A stretch of 41,094 nucleotides of DNA from Chlamydiota bacterium (GTDB lineage: Bacteria; Chlamydiota; Chlamydiia; Chlamydiales; JAJFMA01): NCBI GenBank assembly GCA_021772415.1, contig JAJFMA010000266.1, positions 1 to 41,094 of the forward strand, in the 5' to 3' direction. This document shows, one piece after another, positions 9,036-18,442 of the stretch. The notes beneath the pieces were generated by a model that was given only the letters and a program-made list of their open reading frames with translations, searched no databases and was not told the origin of the DNA. Every line of letters starts with the position of its first letter. The stretch's first letter is position 1. A program made the translations under genes and the position numbers.

Positions 9036-10313
9036 TCACATGGACCTGTACATAGATCGTGGATCGTGCGCATTTAGATAGGCAAGAGCTGACGCGTAGC
9101 GAGCAACGACGTCGGTCGATGGTTCGTAGATATCTAGAGCCACGTCTGTTAGATCGAAACCTCGTTCGCGCAGAAGTCGCAATGCATCGAGGATATGCTC
9201 ATGACCTGGTAAGTAATGCCCACTTCTATTGGATATATAGAGAAGCTTTCCATTGTCATCGACAGTGAACTCTCCGGCACATACAACGGCTCCACCAGCG
9301 AGGTAACTCGTATGATGGAAGCGTCCATTAACAAACTCGCCAGCGTAGAAAGCTAAATCTGGCCCGATAACCCACGCACCGACACTCCGCCGCGATGTGG
9401 CGTGTGCGGCCCGCATTTTACGTGTACTGAAGGGCTTTCCAGCACGTAAAAAAATCCCTCGTTGGGTTGTGGTGTCCAACATGAAATCGTGCTGACGCTC
9501 GTCTGGAACATACATAACATGCCAGCCGTCAGCGACCCTCCTTTGGTACGCACTCGTTCCAAGCCAGTCTAGAAACGAAACGCCTTCAAGGCCATCAGCC
9601 TCCTTCCACTCAGCGATTGCCTCGTCCATTGCAGCTCCAATAGGGTGGCTAGGAGTGACTGCTTCGAGGAAGAAATTTTCACGTAAGATTTTTCCGTGAG
9701 GTGTGCGTCCCTCGATTTTTTGTTCCTTTAATAGAGACCATCCTCGAGTAATCACTAACATGGAATCAAAGAAGCGACTGAGCTTGCATTCCAAACGCTC
9801 GCGAACATCCAGCCATTCTTCTTTGGGGAGTTTGATTTTACCCTCGCGATGTAACTCTTCCCATCGCTCCTCCCGGGCCTTACGCTTTCTGACACTCATC
9901 TGTAGGCGCTCGATAAACTCCTTCGCAATGTCCTCTGGGTCGCATTTTGAATGGGTGATCTCGAGTCGCGGAGAGTTATGGGGACTACCGAAATCGGATC
10001 CACTGCTGTACCCTTCCGGGAGCACGAATTCAAGCCCAGACGATTCTGCCTCCAATATGTTCTCATCCCCTGGAGCCGTCGTAGCAACGCTAATACAGTC
10101 CCGGGAATGATCAGGAATAACAGAGACACTATTCAATGGAAGTACTGTGGAGCTATTGACTGGTTCCGTTGGTAATGCGCTTGGAGTATCCAAGCTCCTG
10201 CGCGCGGCTAGCGCTACATGTAGTGGAACACATATATTGGAGGGTACGTCCTGGTGGATTTTAGTAATCTTACCAAAACCCATGGGCATGACCATCTTTT
10301 CGATAGATTCCAT
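9036..10313 (-). CDS. Eukaryote-like IQM-type domain protein with an IQ-like motif
   Basis: 425-aa ORF. The C-terminal ~180 aa carry AWVIGPDLAFYAGEFVNGRFHHTSYLAGGAVVCAGEF...ISNRSGHYLPGHEHILDALRLLRERGFDLTDV. As I recall plant and fungal IQM proteins, this matches their conserved core (WIFV..LYVG.KKKG.FQHSSFL.GG...AAGRL....SGHY.PT..NF..F..FL.E..VDLT.V). Confidence 0.75.
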   Translation of the reverse strand: MESIEKMVMPMGFGKITKIHQDVPSNICVPLHVALAARRSLDTPSALPTEPVNSSTVLPLNSVSVIPDHSRDCISVATTAPGDENILEAESSGLEFVLPEGYSSGSDFGSPHNSPRLEITHSKCDPEDIAKEFIERLQMSVRKRKAREERWEELHREGKIKLPKEEWLDVRERLECKLSRFFDSMLVITRGWSLLKEQKIEGRTPHGKILRENFFLEAVTPSHPIGAAMDEAIAEWKEADGLEGVSFLDWLGTSAYQRRVADGWHVMYVPDERQHDFMLDTTTQRGIFLRAGKPFSTRKMRAAHATSRRSVGAWVIGPDLAFYAGEFVNGRFHHTSYLAGGAVVCAGEFTVDDNGKLLYISNRSGHYLPGHEHILDALRLLRERGFDLTDVALDIYEPSTDVVARYASALAYLNAHDPRSMYRSM

Positions 10314-10357
10314 GAAGAGTGCCCTGTATTTTACGTGTCTGCATCAGTACGTACAAT

Positions 10358-10864
10358 TCAGTCCTTCCAACTGGAACGCCGCTTTTGCCGCTCTCTAGCG
10401 TGCTCTTGACGAAGGCGGCGCCTTTCGCCGGCTTCTTCAAAGCGTCGCTTTTCCAGGGAAGTTTCAGGGATCACAGGAACAATTTCGGTAGGTTTGTGGT
10501 CATCGTCGACGGCGACGAATGTGAAGTAGGCCGATACAATGTGTTTCTTTGTGGCGGTAGAATAGTGCTCAGAGACAACCTTGACTCCAACCTCCATGGA
10601 GGAGCGCCAACAGCGGTTGAGGGCTGCTTTAAATATCAGAATATCTCCTCGACCTGCGGGAGCTAGGAAGTGCATGGAATCTACAGACACCGTCACGCAA
10701 AGGCGCTCGCTATGTCTTTCCGCGACAACGAGCGCCACACGATCCGACACCGCCATCACCATGCCTCCAAAGACTGTGCCGTGGGAATTGAGATCGTTCG
10801 GAAACACCTTATAGGTGTGGTCGTCAATAGCGGACTGTTGAACGGGTTTTCCTTGCGCGGCCAT
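10358..10864 (-). CDS. Acyl-CoA thioesterase (hotdog fold, YciA/BFIT-like)
   Basis: It carries the blocks VFPNDLNSHGTVFGGMVMAVSDRVA and VSVDSMHFLAPAGRGDILIFKA. ATG 10864 has an AGGGGGA RBS, and the ORF track extends to GTG 10885. Confidence 0.85.
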   Translation of the reverse strand: MAAQGKPVQQSAIDDHTYKVFPNDLNSHGTVFGGMVMAVSDRVALVVAERHSERLCVTVSVDSMHFLAPAGRGDILIFKAALNRCWRSSMEVGVKVVSEHYSTATKKHIVSAYFTFVAVDDDHKPTEIVPVIPETSLEKRRFEEAGERRRLRQEHARERQKRRSSWKD

Positions 10865-11015
10865 GATGCTTCCCCCTGCGGTCACAATGAACGCACTATA
10901 TCAGCAGATCCACGCAAATGCCAACGACATTATCGAGATTGGACTGGCTTTACTTGACCTAAATCCTTGTTATTCTGTTTAGTCGAGATAAAGAGATTAT
11001 TTTAAAGGTTAGAGC

Positions 11016-11579
11016 ATGGCAATAGGTCTAGGAGCGGCAATACTGGCACAGGCAGCAGGGGCTGCAGCAGCCTATTATGGTGCGACGTCGTCATCACCAC
11101 AGAATAACGTTGGTCAATACAATCCTGAGTATACAACGCAGCCTGCGCACCACAACGAATATGTGTACTCAGAGCCGCAGTATAACGAAGATTCGCCTTA
11201 CGGCTACCAGTACTCCCCTAGCCCACAACAAAGACCAGCTTTCCCACAGCAACCTGTTGCCATGTTGGAATCGTCCGGACATACAGCTCATACCGCTAAC
11301 CACAACGAAGTGCTTTACGACTCGCAGTCTATGCCCGACTTCGGTGAGCATTCGCATGGGGACTCGCAAGCTATTGCGCACGTAGACACGGAATCGTCAG
11401 CTCCCGATTCGTGTACAAAAAGACGCAAGTGTAACAAAGACCGGCCACCATCACCATGCCACCCCTATGGGTACATGTACTACCACTATTGGCCTCGGCA
11501 TACGCCTGGTCAGTATCACTATTTCGAGCGCTTTCCGAGACACTACTCCAAAAACGTTTTTGGCTGCCGCAGGCACTAG
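11016..11579 (+). CDS. Hypothetical low-complexity Tyr/Pro/Gln/His-rich protein with an N-terminal hydrophobic helix
   Basis: 187-aa ORF alone in an intergenic gap. It has an Ala/Gly-rich hydrophobic N-terminus and then YNPEY / YGYQYSPSPQQ / HPYGYMYYHYWPRH tracts. Coding status is uncertain. Confidence 0.45.
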   Translation: MAIGLGAAILAQAAGAAAAYYGATSSSPQNNVGQYNPEYTTQPAHHNEYVYSEPQYNEDSPYGYQYSPSPQQRPAFPQQPVAMLESSGHTAHTANHNEVLYDSQSMPDFGEHSHGDSQAIAHVDTESSAPDSCTKRRKCNKDRPPSPCHPYGYMYYHYWPRHTPGQYHYFERFPRHYSKNVFGCRRH

Positions 11580-11736
11580 AGCCCTAAAATCTTGTTAGCG
11601 AAAAACTTAAAATTCACCACCGAGCTCACAGAGATCACAGAGCGCCATTCATTCGAAGAGCCCAAGAAACTCAAAAAAAATGAATATGTTGGCGTTCCCT
11701 GTCACTTTCTACAGAACTCAGAGCATTTTGAACTTT

Positions 11737-11782
11737 CCCAGGACCGCGTCCTGGGCTATATCTGAGGCCGTGGGGCCGTCGG
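11737..11782. repeat. Hairpin module related to the 3' part of repeats A and B
   Basis: cccaggaccgcgtcctggGCTATAtctgagg followed by ggccgtggggcc parallels cctggggctacgccccagGCTATAcagg followed by agcccttcgggcct in copy A. The stem sequences differ but pairing is kept. It lies downstream of cydB. Confidence 0.55.
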
Positions 11783-11818
11783 ATGAATAGCGCAGCTCGG
11801 TTTCCTCCTTACTCCAAG

Positions 11819-12859
11819 CTAGTAGCTGTGCTTATCGAGCTTTACTTTGCCGCGGAAGATCCAGTAGATACTGACGGTGTATGCGAGCACCATAGGAATC
11901 CCGACAACAGCCATAAGCAATAATATCTTCAGCGTCAGTTCCGACGAAGAGCTATTGAAAATTGTCAAACTCAGCGCCGCGGGATCATTAACAGCGCGAA
12001 GGACTACCGGATAGGTCCCCACACCAAAAAGTGCGAGTAAAAACAAGACACAAAAACACGAAGAGATAAAGGCATGTCCATCGCGGCCCATGTGCACCTC
12101 TCGAGGGATATTTGCAATAGCAAGCATGTTTCCCAAAGCGATAAAAAAGAAAATGGGACGCTCTTTAATTGCGTCAGTCATATGCGGATGGTAAATCAGT
12201 GTGGCCATAGTGGTAGACGCATAGCAGATGATAAAGCAGATGATCGCCGGATTAATCCAATCGCGTAGTCGCTCATGTAGGGGACCCTCGGTTTTCATCA
12301 ACGCATAGATAGCGCCGTGCATCACAAAAAGTGTCACTGTCATCACTCCCACAAGCAGAGCGTAGGGATGGAGCATGTCGACAAATCGTCCGGTGTGCTC
12401 ACCGTAGGCATCGAGTGGAATACCACGAATGATGTTCCCCATGACGACACCGAGACCAAACGCGATAACAAAGCTCGCCACTGAAAAGGCTACATCCCAC
12501 GTCCATCGCCACCAGGCCATAGGTTGCTTGCTGCGAAATTCGATGGCGACGGCACGAAAGATCAAACCCGCAAGGAGAGCCATGATCGGAATGTAGAAGG
12601 CTGAACAAAATGTCGCGTAGACCGCGGGAAAACCAGCAAAAAGTGCTCCACCGGCGGTGACAAGCCATACTTCATTACCATCCCATACTGGCCCAATGCT
12701 ATTGAGCATTAGGCGGCGTTCTTTGTCTCCTTTGACAAAGGGGTGAAGCATACCTACTCCTAAGTCAAAACCATCCAAAATGGCATAACCAGCGAGTAGT
12801 GCTACAAAAGCTGAGAACCAAATGAACTGCAGCTCCGGTAATCCGAAAGGTAGCGTCAT
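11819..12859 (-). CDS. cydB: Cytochrome bd ubiquinol oxidase subunit II
   Basis: 346-aa polytopic membrane protein with a typical CydB N-terminus (WF...A...YA.LDGFDLGVG). It has a 4-bp ATGA overlap with cydA. Confidence 0.93.
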   Translation of the reverse strand: MTLPFGLPELQFIWFSAFVALLAGYAILDGFDLGVGMLHPFVKGDKERRLMLNSIGPVWDGNEVWLVTAGGALFAGFPAVYATFCSAFYIPIMALLAGLIFRAVAIEFRSKQPMAWWRWTWDVAFSVASFVIAFGLGVVMGNIIRGIPLDAYGEHTGRFVDMLHPYALLVGVMTVTLFVMHGAIYALMKTEGPLHERLRDWINPAIICFIICYASTTMATLIYHPHMTDAIKERPIFFFIALGNMLAIANIPREVHMGRDGHAFISSCFCVLFLLALFGVGTYPVVLRAVNDPAALSLTIFNSSSSELTLKILLLMAVVGIPMVLAYTVSIYWIFRGKVKLDKHSY

Positions 12860-14232
12860 CGATCAAGCTCCTCCATGTATTCATCCATATGGTGATATGG
12901 GGTATCACGGTCAAATTTCACAGGACCCGCCTTAATTTTGTGGTCGAGTAAAAAGACAAATAGCGCAAACAACAGCACATACAAAGCCGTGAACATAATG
13001 AGGGACCCTATAATTTCCGGAGATGTCACCGACTGCGAAAGTCCCTCAGAAATCCGCAACAACCCATAAACAATCCAGGGGTAGCGTCCCATTTCCGACG
13101 CCATCCATCCCGCTTGATTGCCGATCTGCGGCAGCAAGACCGACAGCACAAGAAGGCGCAATAGCCAAGGTTTCTTCCATAGCGATTTCTTCCATCCAAA
13201 CCACAATGCAAGCCCCGCCAGAAGGACCATTACCCCCCACATATAGAGCATGAAGTGATAGCTTTGAAAGACCCAACCTACCTTAGGCCAATCTTCTTCT
13301 GGAAAAGCATCTAATCCCGTCACTTCAGCATTGAAGTCATCCCAAGCCAAAAAACTCAAGACCTTGGGAATGGCAACACCATAGTCCACACGCTTCTCTG
13401 CGGTATTTGGAATACCCATTAGATAGATCGGAGCTCCTTCTTGAGTGTCGTAGAGCGCCTCCAAAGCAGCAAGTTTAAGCGGCTGATGCTCGGCCACGAC
13501 CTTGCCGTTGAAATGCCCGGTGATTGCCTGCGCCACAAGTGCCACACAAGCCAGAGCAAGGCCGACTTTCATACAACGATCAGAAAAACGCAGATGCCGC
13601 TTTTTAAGGAAGTAATACGCTGAAACACTAATGACCAAAAACGCTCCAGCAAGCCAACAGCCAAACAAGGTATGCGCCAGCCGCACCATCGACGATGGAT
13701 TGAACACCATGGCCCAAAAATCCGTAATCTCCGCTCGCGAAGCGAGCCCGTCGCTCACAATATGGAAGCCTGCCGGTGTCTGCATCCATGAATTGGCCAC
13801 AACAATCCAAACCGCCGAAAAATGGGCCCCCAACGCCACCATCAGTGTCGCAAAGAAGTGAAATTTTGGGCCTACACGATCCCACCCAAAGAGTAGAATC
13901 GCTAGAAACCCCGATTCAAGAAAAAATGCAAATACCCCTTCCGCTGCCAATGCGCTACCAAAAACATCGCCGACATATCGCGAGTAGTTGGCCCAGTTGG
14001 TGCCAAACTCAAACTCCATCACGATCCCCGTAGCAACCCCGATAGCGAAAGTCAGCGCAAAGATACGGGTCCAGAACTTCGCCATACGCCGGTAGCGGTG
14101 ATCCTTGGTCTTAAGCCACAGGCCTTCAAGGGCTACCATGATGACACCTAGGCCAATACTCAACGGCGGATAAATATAGTGAAACATAATTGTCACAGCA
14201 AACTGTAGGCGGGCTAAGGCTTCAGTATCCAT
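12856..14232 (-). CDS. cydA: Cytochrome bd ubiquinol oxidase subunit I
   Basis: The N-terminus [27 protein letters not shown] matches the conserved CydA start. [19 protein letters not shown] is the conserved C-terminal block. The ORF track extends to TTG 14259, but ATG 14232 is the more likely start. Confidence 0.93.
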   Translation of the reverse strand: MDTEALARLQFAVTIMFHYIYPPLSIGLGVIMVALEGLWLKTKDHRYRRMAKFWTRIFALTFAIGVATGIVMEFEFGTNWANYSRYVGDVFGSALAAEGVFAFFLESGFLAILLFGWDRVGPKFHFFATLMVALGAHFSAVWIVVANSWMQTPAGFHIVSDGLASRAEITDFWAMVFNPSSMVRLAHTLFGCWLAGAFLVISVSAYYFLKKRHLRFSDRCMKVGLALACVALVAQAITGHFNGKVVAEHQPLKLAALEALYDTQEGAPIYLMGIPNTAEKRVDYGVAIPKVLSFLAWDDFNAEVTGLDAFPEEDWPKVGWVFQSYHFMLYMWGVMVLLAGLALWFGWKKSLWKKPWLLRLLVLSVLLPQIGNQAGWMASEMGRYPWIVYGLLRISEGLSQSVTSPEIIGSLIMFTALYVLLFALFVFLLDHKIKAGPVKFDRDTPYHHMDEYMEELDR

Positions 14233-14403
14233 ACGTCCTTCGGTAAATACGGGGTCCAAAAAGGGTATTACATCTTCATCCCTAATGCTTGTAAAGCAAT
14301 TCTTTATTCCGACAAACAGCGTAAACGATTGTGTAAAAATATCAGCCGCGCTACCCTAGCGCACTTTAGGACTATGTATGTTCCTAAGTACCTGGGGTTC
14401 ATT

Positions 14404-15225
14404 ATGCTCAATACCAAAATCATGGGAATTCTAAACGTCACCCCCGACTCGTGCTACGACGGAGGACGCTTCCTTACCTTTGATCACGCCGTTGCTCACG
14501 CCCTTGAAATGATCGAACAGGGGGCAGACATCCTTGATATAGGAGGCGAATCCACACGCCCAGGAGCCACCCCTGTTGATGTTCAGGAGGAGCTCGACCG
14601 CGTGCTACCGGTACTAGCAGCGATCCGAACTAAGGTTTCGGTACCCATTTCTGTCGACACCATGAAACCCGAAGTGGCCCTGAAATCCGTCGAATTAGGT
14701 GCAGATATTATCAACGACGTGACCGGTTTCCGCAACCCCGCCATGCGCGAGGTGGCAGCAAGCTGCAACGCCGACCTTTGCCTGATGCACATGCTCGGGG
14801 AACCACGCACTATGCAGAGCGACCCTCACTACCCCAATGGTGTTGTCAACGAAGTAATCGAGTGGCTTGAAGCTAGAATCGAGCTCCTGCTTAAAGCCGG
14901 CGTGTCGCAGGAGCGCATTATCGTAGACCCTGGAATAGGCTTTGGTAAAACGGTTGCTCATAATCTAGATATTTTACAGAATCTGCACAGATTTAAAGAG
15001 CTAGGATTTCGAGTACTCATCGGAGTCTCCCGCAAATCTTTCATGATGAAGATTACAGGTAAGGACCGACAGGACTTACTGCCACCTACCCTGGCAGTTA
15101 ACGCTCTGCTGATGATGCAGGGAGCGGATATTCTCCGTGTTCACGACGTGCAAGAGCATAGACTGTGCCGCGAAGTGCTGGGCCCTCTCAAAGAGCCCGT
15201 ATCTTTCGCTACCGCTATAGCGTGA
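14404..15225 (+). CDS. folP: Dihydropteroate synthase
   Basis: It has the pterin-binding blocks GILNVTPDSCYDGG, DIGGESTRPGA, SVDT and INDV, plus DPGIGFGK. ATG 14404 is the likely start, while the ORF track starts at 14329. Confidence 0.9.
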   Translation: MLNTKIMGILNVTPDSCYDGGRFLTFDHAVAHALEMIEQGADILDIGGESTRPGATPVDVQEELDRVLPVLAAIRTKVSVPISVDTMKPEVALKSVELGADIINDVTGFRNPAMREVAASCNADLCLMHMLGEPRTMQSDPHYPNGVVNEVIEWLEARIELLLKAGVSQERIIVDPGIGFGKTVAHNLDILQNLHRFKELGFRVLIGVSRKSFMMKITGKDRQDLLPPTLAVNALLMMQGADILRVHDVQEHRLCREVLGPLKEPVSFATAIA

Positions 15226-15274
15226 GTACCTTAGGAGGGTAACGAGGATTTATTAACGTTGGGATTTTGGACCC

Positions 15275-16078
15275 ATGAACATGTTTCAGTTGCTGATTCC
15301 AGGCCTGGAGATCATCATCATCGCGGTGATGTTCTACTACCTGCTATCATTTTTCTGGAACACGCGCGCTATGGACCTCATCCTGGGGCTTGGAGCTTTA
15401 CTGCTCGTCCTTGCTGCGGTTAACTGGCTAAAACTCCCGGTTCTCCAGCGCATGGTCTTCTATATGGGTAACGTCGCTGTTATAGCCCTGCTGATCATCT
15501 TCCAACCTGAGCTACGTCTTGCTCTTGCGCGACTGAGTGTCAAGGGCAAAAAATTTCGCGAAATCACCGAATTTGACTGCTTCCTCGACAATCTCACGCA
15601 ATCGGTGTATCGCTTAGCGGAAAAGCGCATTGGCGCCCTCGTCGTATTGGAAAATCAGGATTCCCTCGATGAATTCGCCAATAAAGCCGTACGCCTTAAC
15701 GCCGAGTTCACGTCAGAGCTGATTGAGTCGCTTTTTAGCACTACGACGCCATTGCACGACGGCGCAGTAATTTTACGTGGAAACACCGTCGTCTCCGCTG
15801 CTACAATATTACCTTTGTCAGACGAAAGCGCCCAGCTTTCTAAATCGATGGGCACGCGCCATCGCGCGGGTCTGGGCATCAGTGAAATGACCGACGCTCT
15901 GATCATCGTCGTATCAGAGGAATCGGGACGTGTTTCTATAGCTCGCGAAGGCATCATCACGCGTGGTGTTAAACCAGACCGTTTCAAAGGGATTGTGCGC
16001 AGCATCTTCACTCCTCCAAAAATCAATGTGCCCACGCGCTATGGCATAGTGGATAAGGTGAAGCAATGGACCACTTAA
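15275..16078 (+). CDS. cdaA: Membrane-bound diadenylate cyclase (c-di-AMP synthase, DisA_N domain)
   Basis: It has three N-terminal TM helices and then the DAC blocks TPLHDGAVIL, GTRHRAGLGISE and VVSEESGRVSIA. Confidence 0.92.
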   Translation: MNMFQLLIPGLEIIIIAVMFYYLLSFFWNTRAMDLILGLGALLLVLAAVNWLKLPVLQRMVFYMGNVAVIALLIIFQPELRLALARLSVKGKKFREITEFDCFLDNLTQSVYRLAEKRIGALVVLENQDSLDEFANKAVRLNAEFTSELIESLFSTTTPLHDGAVILRGNTVVSAATILPLSDESAQLSKSMGTRHRAGLGISEMTDALIIVVSEESGRVSIAREGIITRGVKPDRFKGIVRSIFTPPKINVPTRYGIVDKVKQWTT

Positions 16079-17307
16079 CCTTCTCCCGCCTGTTTAGAGA
16101 CTGGCGCCGCAAGCTTGTTGCACTGTTGGGCGCAGTAGCGGTGTGGATGTTCGTTAACCAGTCCATCACATCCACAAAGACGGTCGCTAACGTACCCGTG
16201 CGCCTTGTAAGCCTACCTCAAGACCGTACCGTTCAGGGTTTGCTACCCAACGGCATCCTTAACCGCAGGGTGACATTAACACTCACGGGCTCAAAAGACC
16301 TGGTCAAATCACTAGAGGCCAGTGATTTGGAAGTTCTCATTGATGCTTCGGGGCTCCCAGACGAATGGATACTCCAGGTTTCTAAAAAGCACCTCGTTAG
16401 CCTAAACCCTGAAATCGACTTGGCCGCACACATCCAGAGCGTGTCGAACAGCGAATTCGTGGTAAACATGAGCCGCCTTGTGACAGAGAAGATCCCTGTC
16501 ACCATAGCGTCGCCTCGAGGATGGGCACCAGAAGGATACCAGTTCCTAGACATCTGGCCACAAACGCTCTTTCACACCGTTACCGGACCGGAGGAACAGG
16601 TCAGAGCATTGCGAGACAAAGGCTTTCAGCTTGTCTTCGATCTCAACCAGATCACCAAGGCGCAGCTCGATGAGCTCAGAAGCTCCGCTGACACCCTGCA
16701 TGCTGACGAAGTCAATTTTATCGTGCCAGAGAGGTGGAAAAGCGTTGTTGTTCCCTTTGATAGTGAAATGCCGGAAACCATCAATGACGCAAAATCCCCG
16801 GATCTCCACATAAGCTTCCTCCGCAAGGAGCAGCTACCTATGGGCAAGAACCTACCTATACGTGTTTTCTACCCCGTAGAATATGCGGATACCATCAATC
16901 CGCAAACGCACCCGTTAATGACCACCCACGTTGTACAGAATGAACAAGGCGTCTACTACTTGGACTACCCGCTCCTTGTAGGGCAGGTAAGCCGCCTATT
17001 CATCGATGTTGTACGAGACAACATGGAAATCGTCGTCGCTGCCGCCCCACAAACTGAGCGCGATTTTTTACAGTGGAGCGTGGAATTTATCAATCAGAGA
17101 GATCTCGAAGACACTTTCGTGAACCTGCTCATGAATGACCGAAGCGAACAAGTGAACTTAAAAAAGAAAGAAGTGCGCCTACGACGACGCTTCCGCGAGT
17201 ACATGCAAAACCTAAGCCTTTACAAGCAGTCGGGTCAGAAGCTGTTACTCGAAGCCCAGATGAAAAATGACGGCATCAGAATCAAAGACATCTCCGACGC
17301 ATTTTAA
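16066..17307 (+). CDS. cdaR: YbbR-domain protein (CdaA regulator)
   Basis: 413 aa with an N-terminal TM anchor. It overlaps the end of cdaA by 13 bp and occupies the conserved operon-partner position. Its repetitive beta-rich composition fits YbbR repeats. Confidence 0.75.
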   Translation: MDHLTFSRLFRDWRRKLVALLGAVAVWMFVNQSITSTKTVANVPVRLVSLPQDRTVQGLLPNGILNRRVTLTLTGSKDLVKSLEASDLEVLIDASGLPDEWILQVSKKHLVSLNPEIDLAAHIQSVSNSEFVVNMSRLVTEKIPVTIASPRGWAPEGYQFLDIWPQTLFHTVTGPEEQVRALRDKGFQLVFDLNQITKAQLDELRSSADTLHADEVNFIVPERWKSVVVPFDSEMPETINDAKSPDLHISFLRKEQLPMGKNLPIRVFYPVEYADTINPQTHPLMTTHVVQNEQGVYYLDYPLLVGQVSRLFIDVVRDNMEIVVAAAPQTERDFLQWSVEFINQRDLEDTFVNLLMNDRSEQVNLKKKEVRLRRRFREYMQNLSLYKQSGQKLLLEAQMKNDGIRIKDISDAF

Positions 17308-18442
17308 ACGCAGCGTCGTTCTGCTCAAGCAGCGCCTAGACCGCTTTGGTGGACTGGAAAAAGCCACCCGCAATCTCGCAGTAGCTTTTGCCGATGCTGG
17401 ATGCGACGTGACCGTGCTCACATTGGGAGACGTCCCAATGCCTTGGGATTCACGTATACAATTGAAGTCGTTGGGACCTGTGAGCAAGTTGAGCGTATTG
17501 AATCTACGACGCTTCGACACTTTGTGCCGACGCTGGCTATCCCAACACCCTGCTGATATCATTTTTGGCTTGGACCGCAACACGTCTCAAACACATTACA
17601 GGGCAGGCAATGGCGTACATGCCGAGTACTTGCTACGTCGTAGGGCTACTGAGCCTTGGTTAAAGTCGTTGAGTTTTAGTTGCAACCCCCTTCATCGAAG
17701 CCTTCTTAACTACGAAAAAGCCGCTTTCACCGACCCACACCTAAGGTGCATTTTTGTTAACAGTCACATGGTAGCAGAAGAGATTCGTCATCACTATGAT
17801 GTCGATCCCGCACGCATCAAAGTCAGCCACAACGGCATCGACTTAGAACAGTCAAATGCAGCGATAAATACATGGAAACAAGAGCGCCCCAGTCTACTCA
17901 AGGAATTTGATCTTCCGAGCGATGCCTATCACCTTCTGTTTGCTGGGCATGGATATAGACGAAAAGGACTCGAGTATCTACTAAAGGGTATAGCGCAGCT
18001 TAGGGACTCTAATGTACACGTTTCCGTTGTCGGCCGAGATCGCCATGTCGACAAATTTAGGCGTCTCGCCTCTGAGCTCGACATCCACAATCAAGTGCAT
18101 TTTTTTGGGGCTGTCAACGATATCACCCCTTTTTTCAAACTGTCGGACGCAATAGTCATTCCTTCGGTCTACGATCCCTTTGCTAATGTTACCGTCGAAG
18201 CTCTTGCCGCCGGTCTCTATGTGGTATCGTCGGCATACAACGGAGGAAAAGAGGTGCTCACTCCGAATACAGGCACCGTCATCGCGCAGCTCCAAGACCC
18301 AGAATCTGTTGCAGAGAGCCTGCATTTGGCATTGCAAAATCCCAAAACAGCCTCAAGTGCTCTAACGAGCCGACAGTCGGTGGAGAATCTGGACTCTAAA
18401 ACACTTCTAGGACATCTCGTAACCCTAACCCTAACAAGCTAA
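17267..18442 (+). CDS. Group-1 (GT-B, GT4-like) glycosyltransferase
   Basis: 391 aa. The C-terminal half has the typical LLFAGHGYRRKG...PSVYDPFANVTVEALAAGLYVVSSAYNGGKEV pattern. The ATG overlaps cdaR by 41 bp. Confidence 0.8.
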   Translation: MTASESKTSPTHFKRSVVLLKQRLDRFGGLEKATRNLAVAFADAGCDVTVLTLGDVPMPWDSRIQLKSLGPVSKLSVLNLRRFDTLCRRWLSQHPADIIFGLDRNTSQTHYRAGNGVHAEYLLRRRATEPWLKSLSFSCNPLHRSLLNYEKAAFTDPHLRCIFVNSHMVAEEIRHHYDVDPARIKVSHNGIDLEQSNAAINTWKQERPSLLKEFDLPSDAYHLLFAGHGYRRKGLEYLLKGIAQLRDSNVHVSVVGRDRHVDKFRRLASELDIHNQVHFFGAVNDITPFFKLSDAIVIPSVYDPFANVTVEALAAGLYVVSSAYNGGKEVLTPNTGTVIAQLQDPESVAESLHLALQNPKTASSALTSRQSVENLDSKTLLGHLVTLTLTS

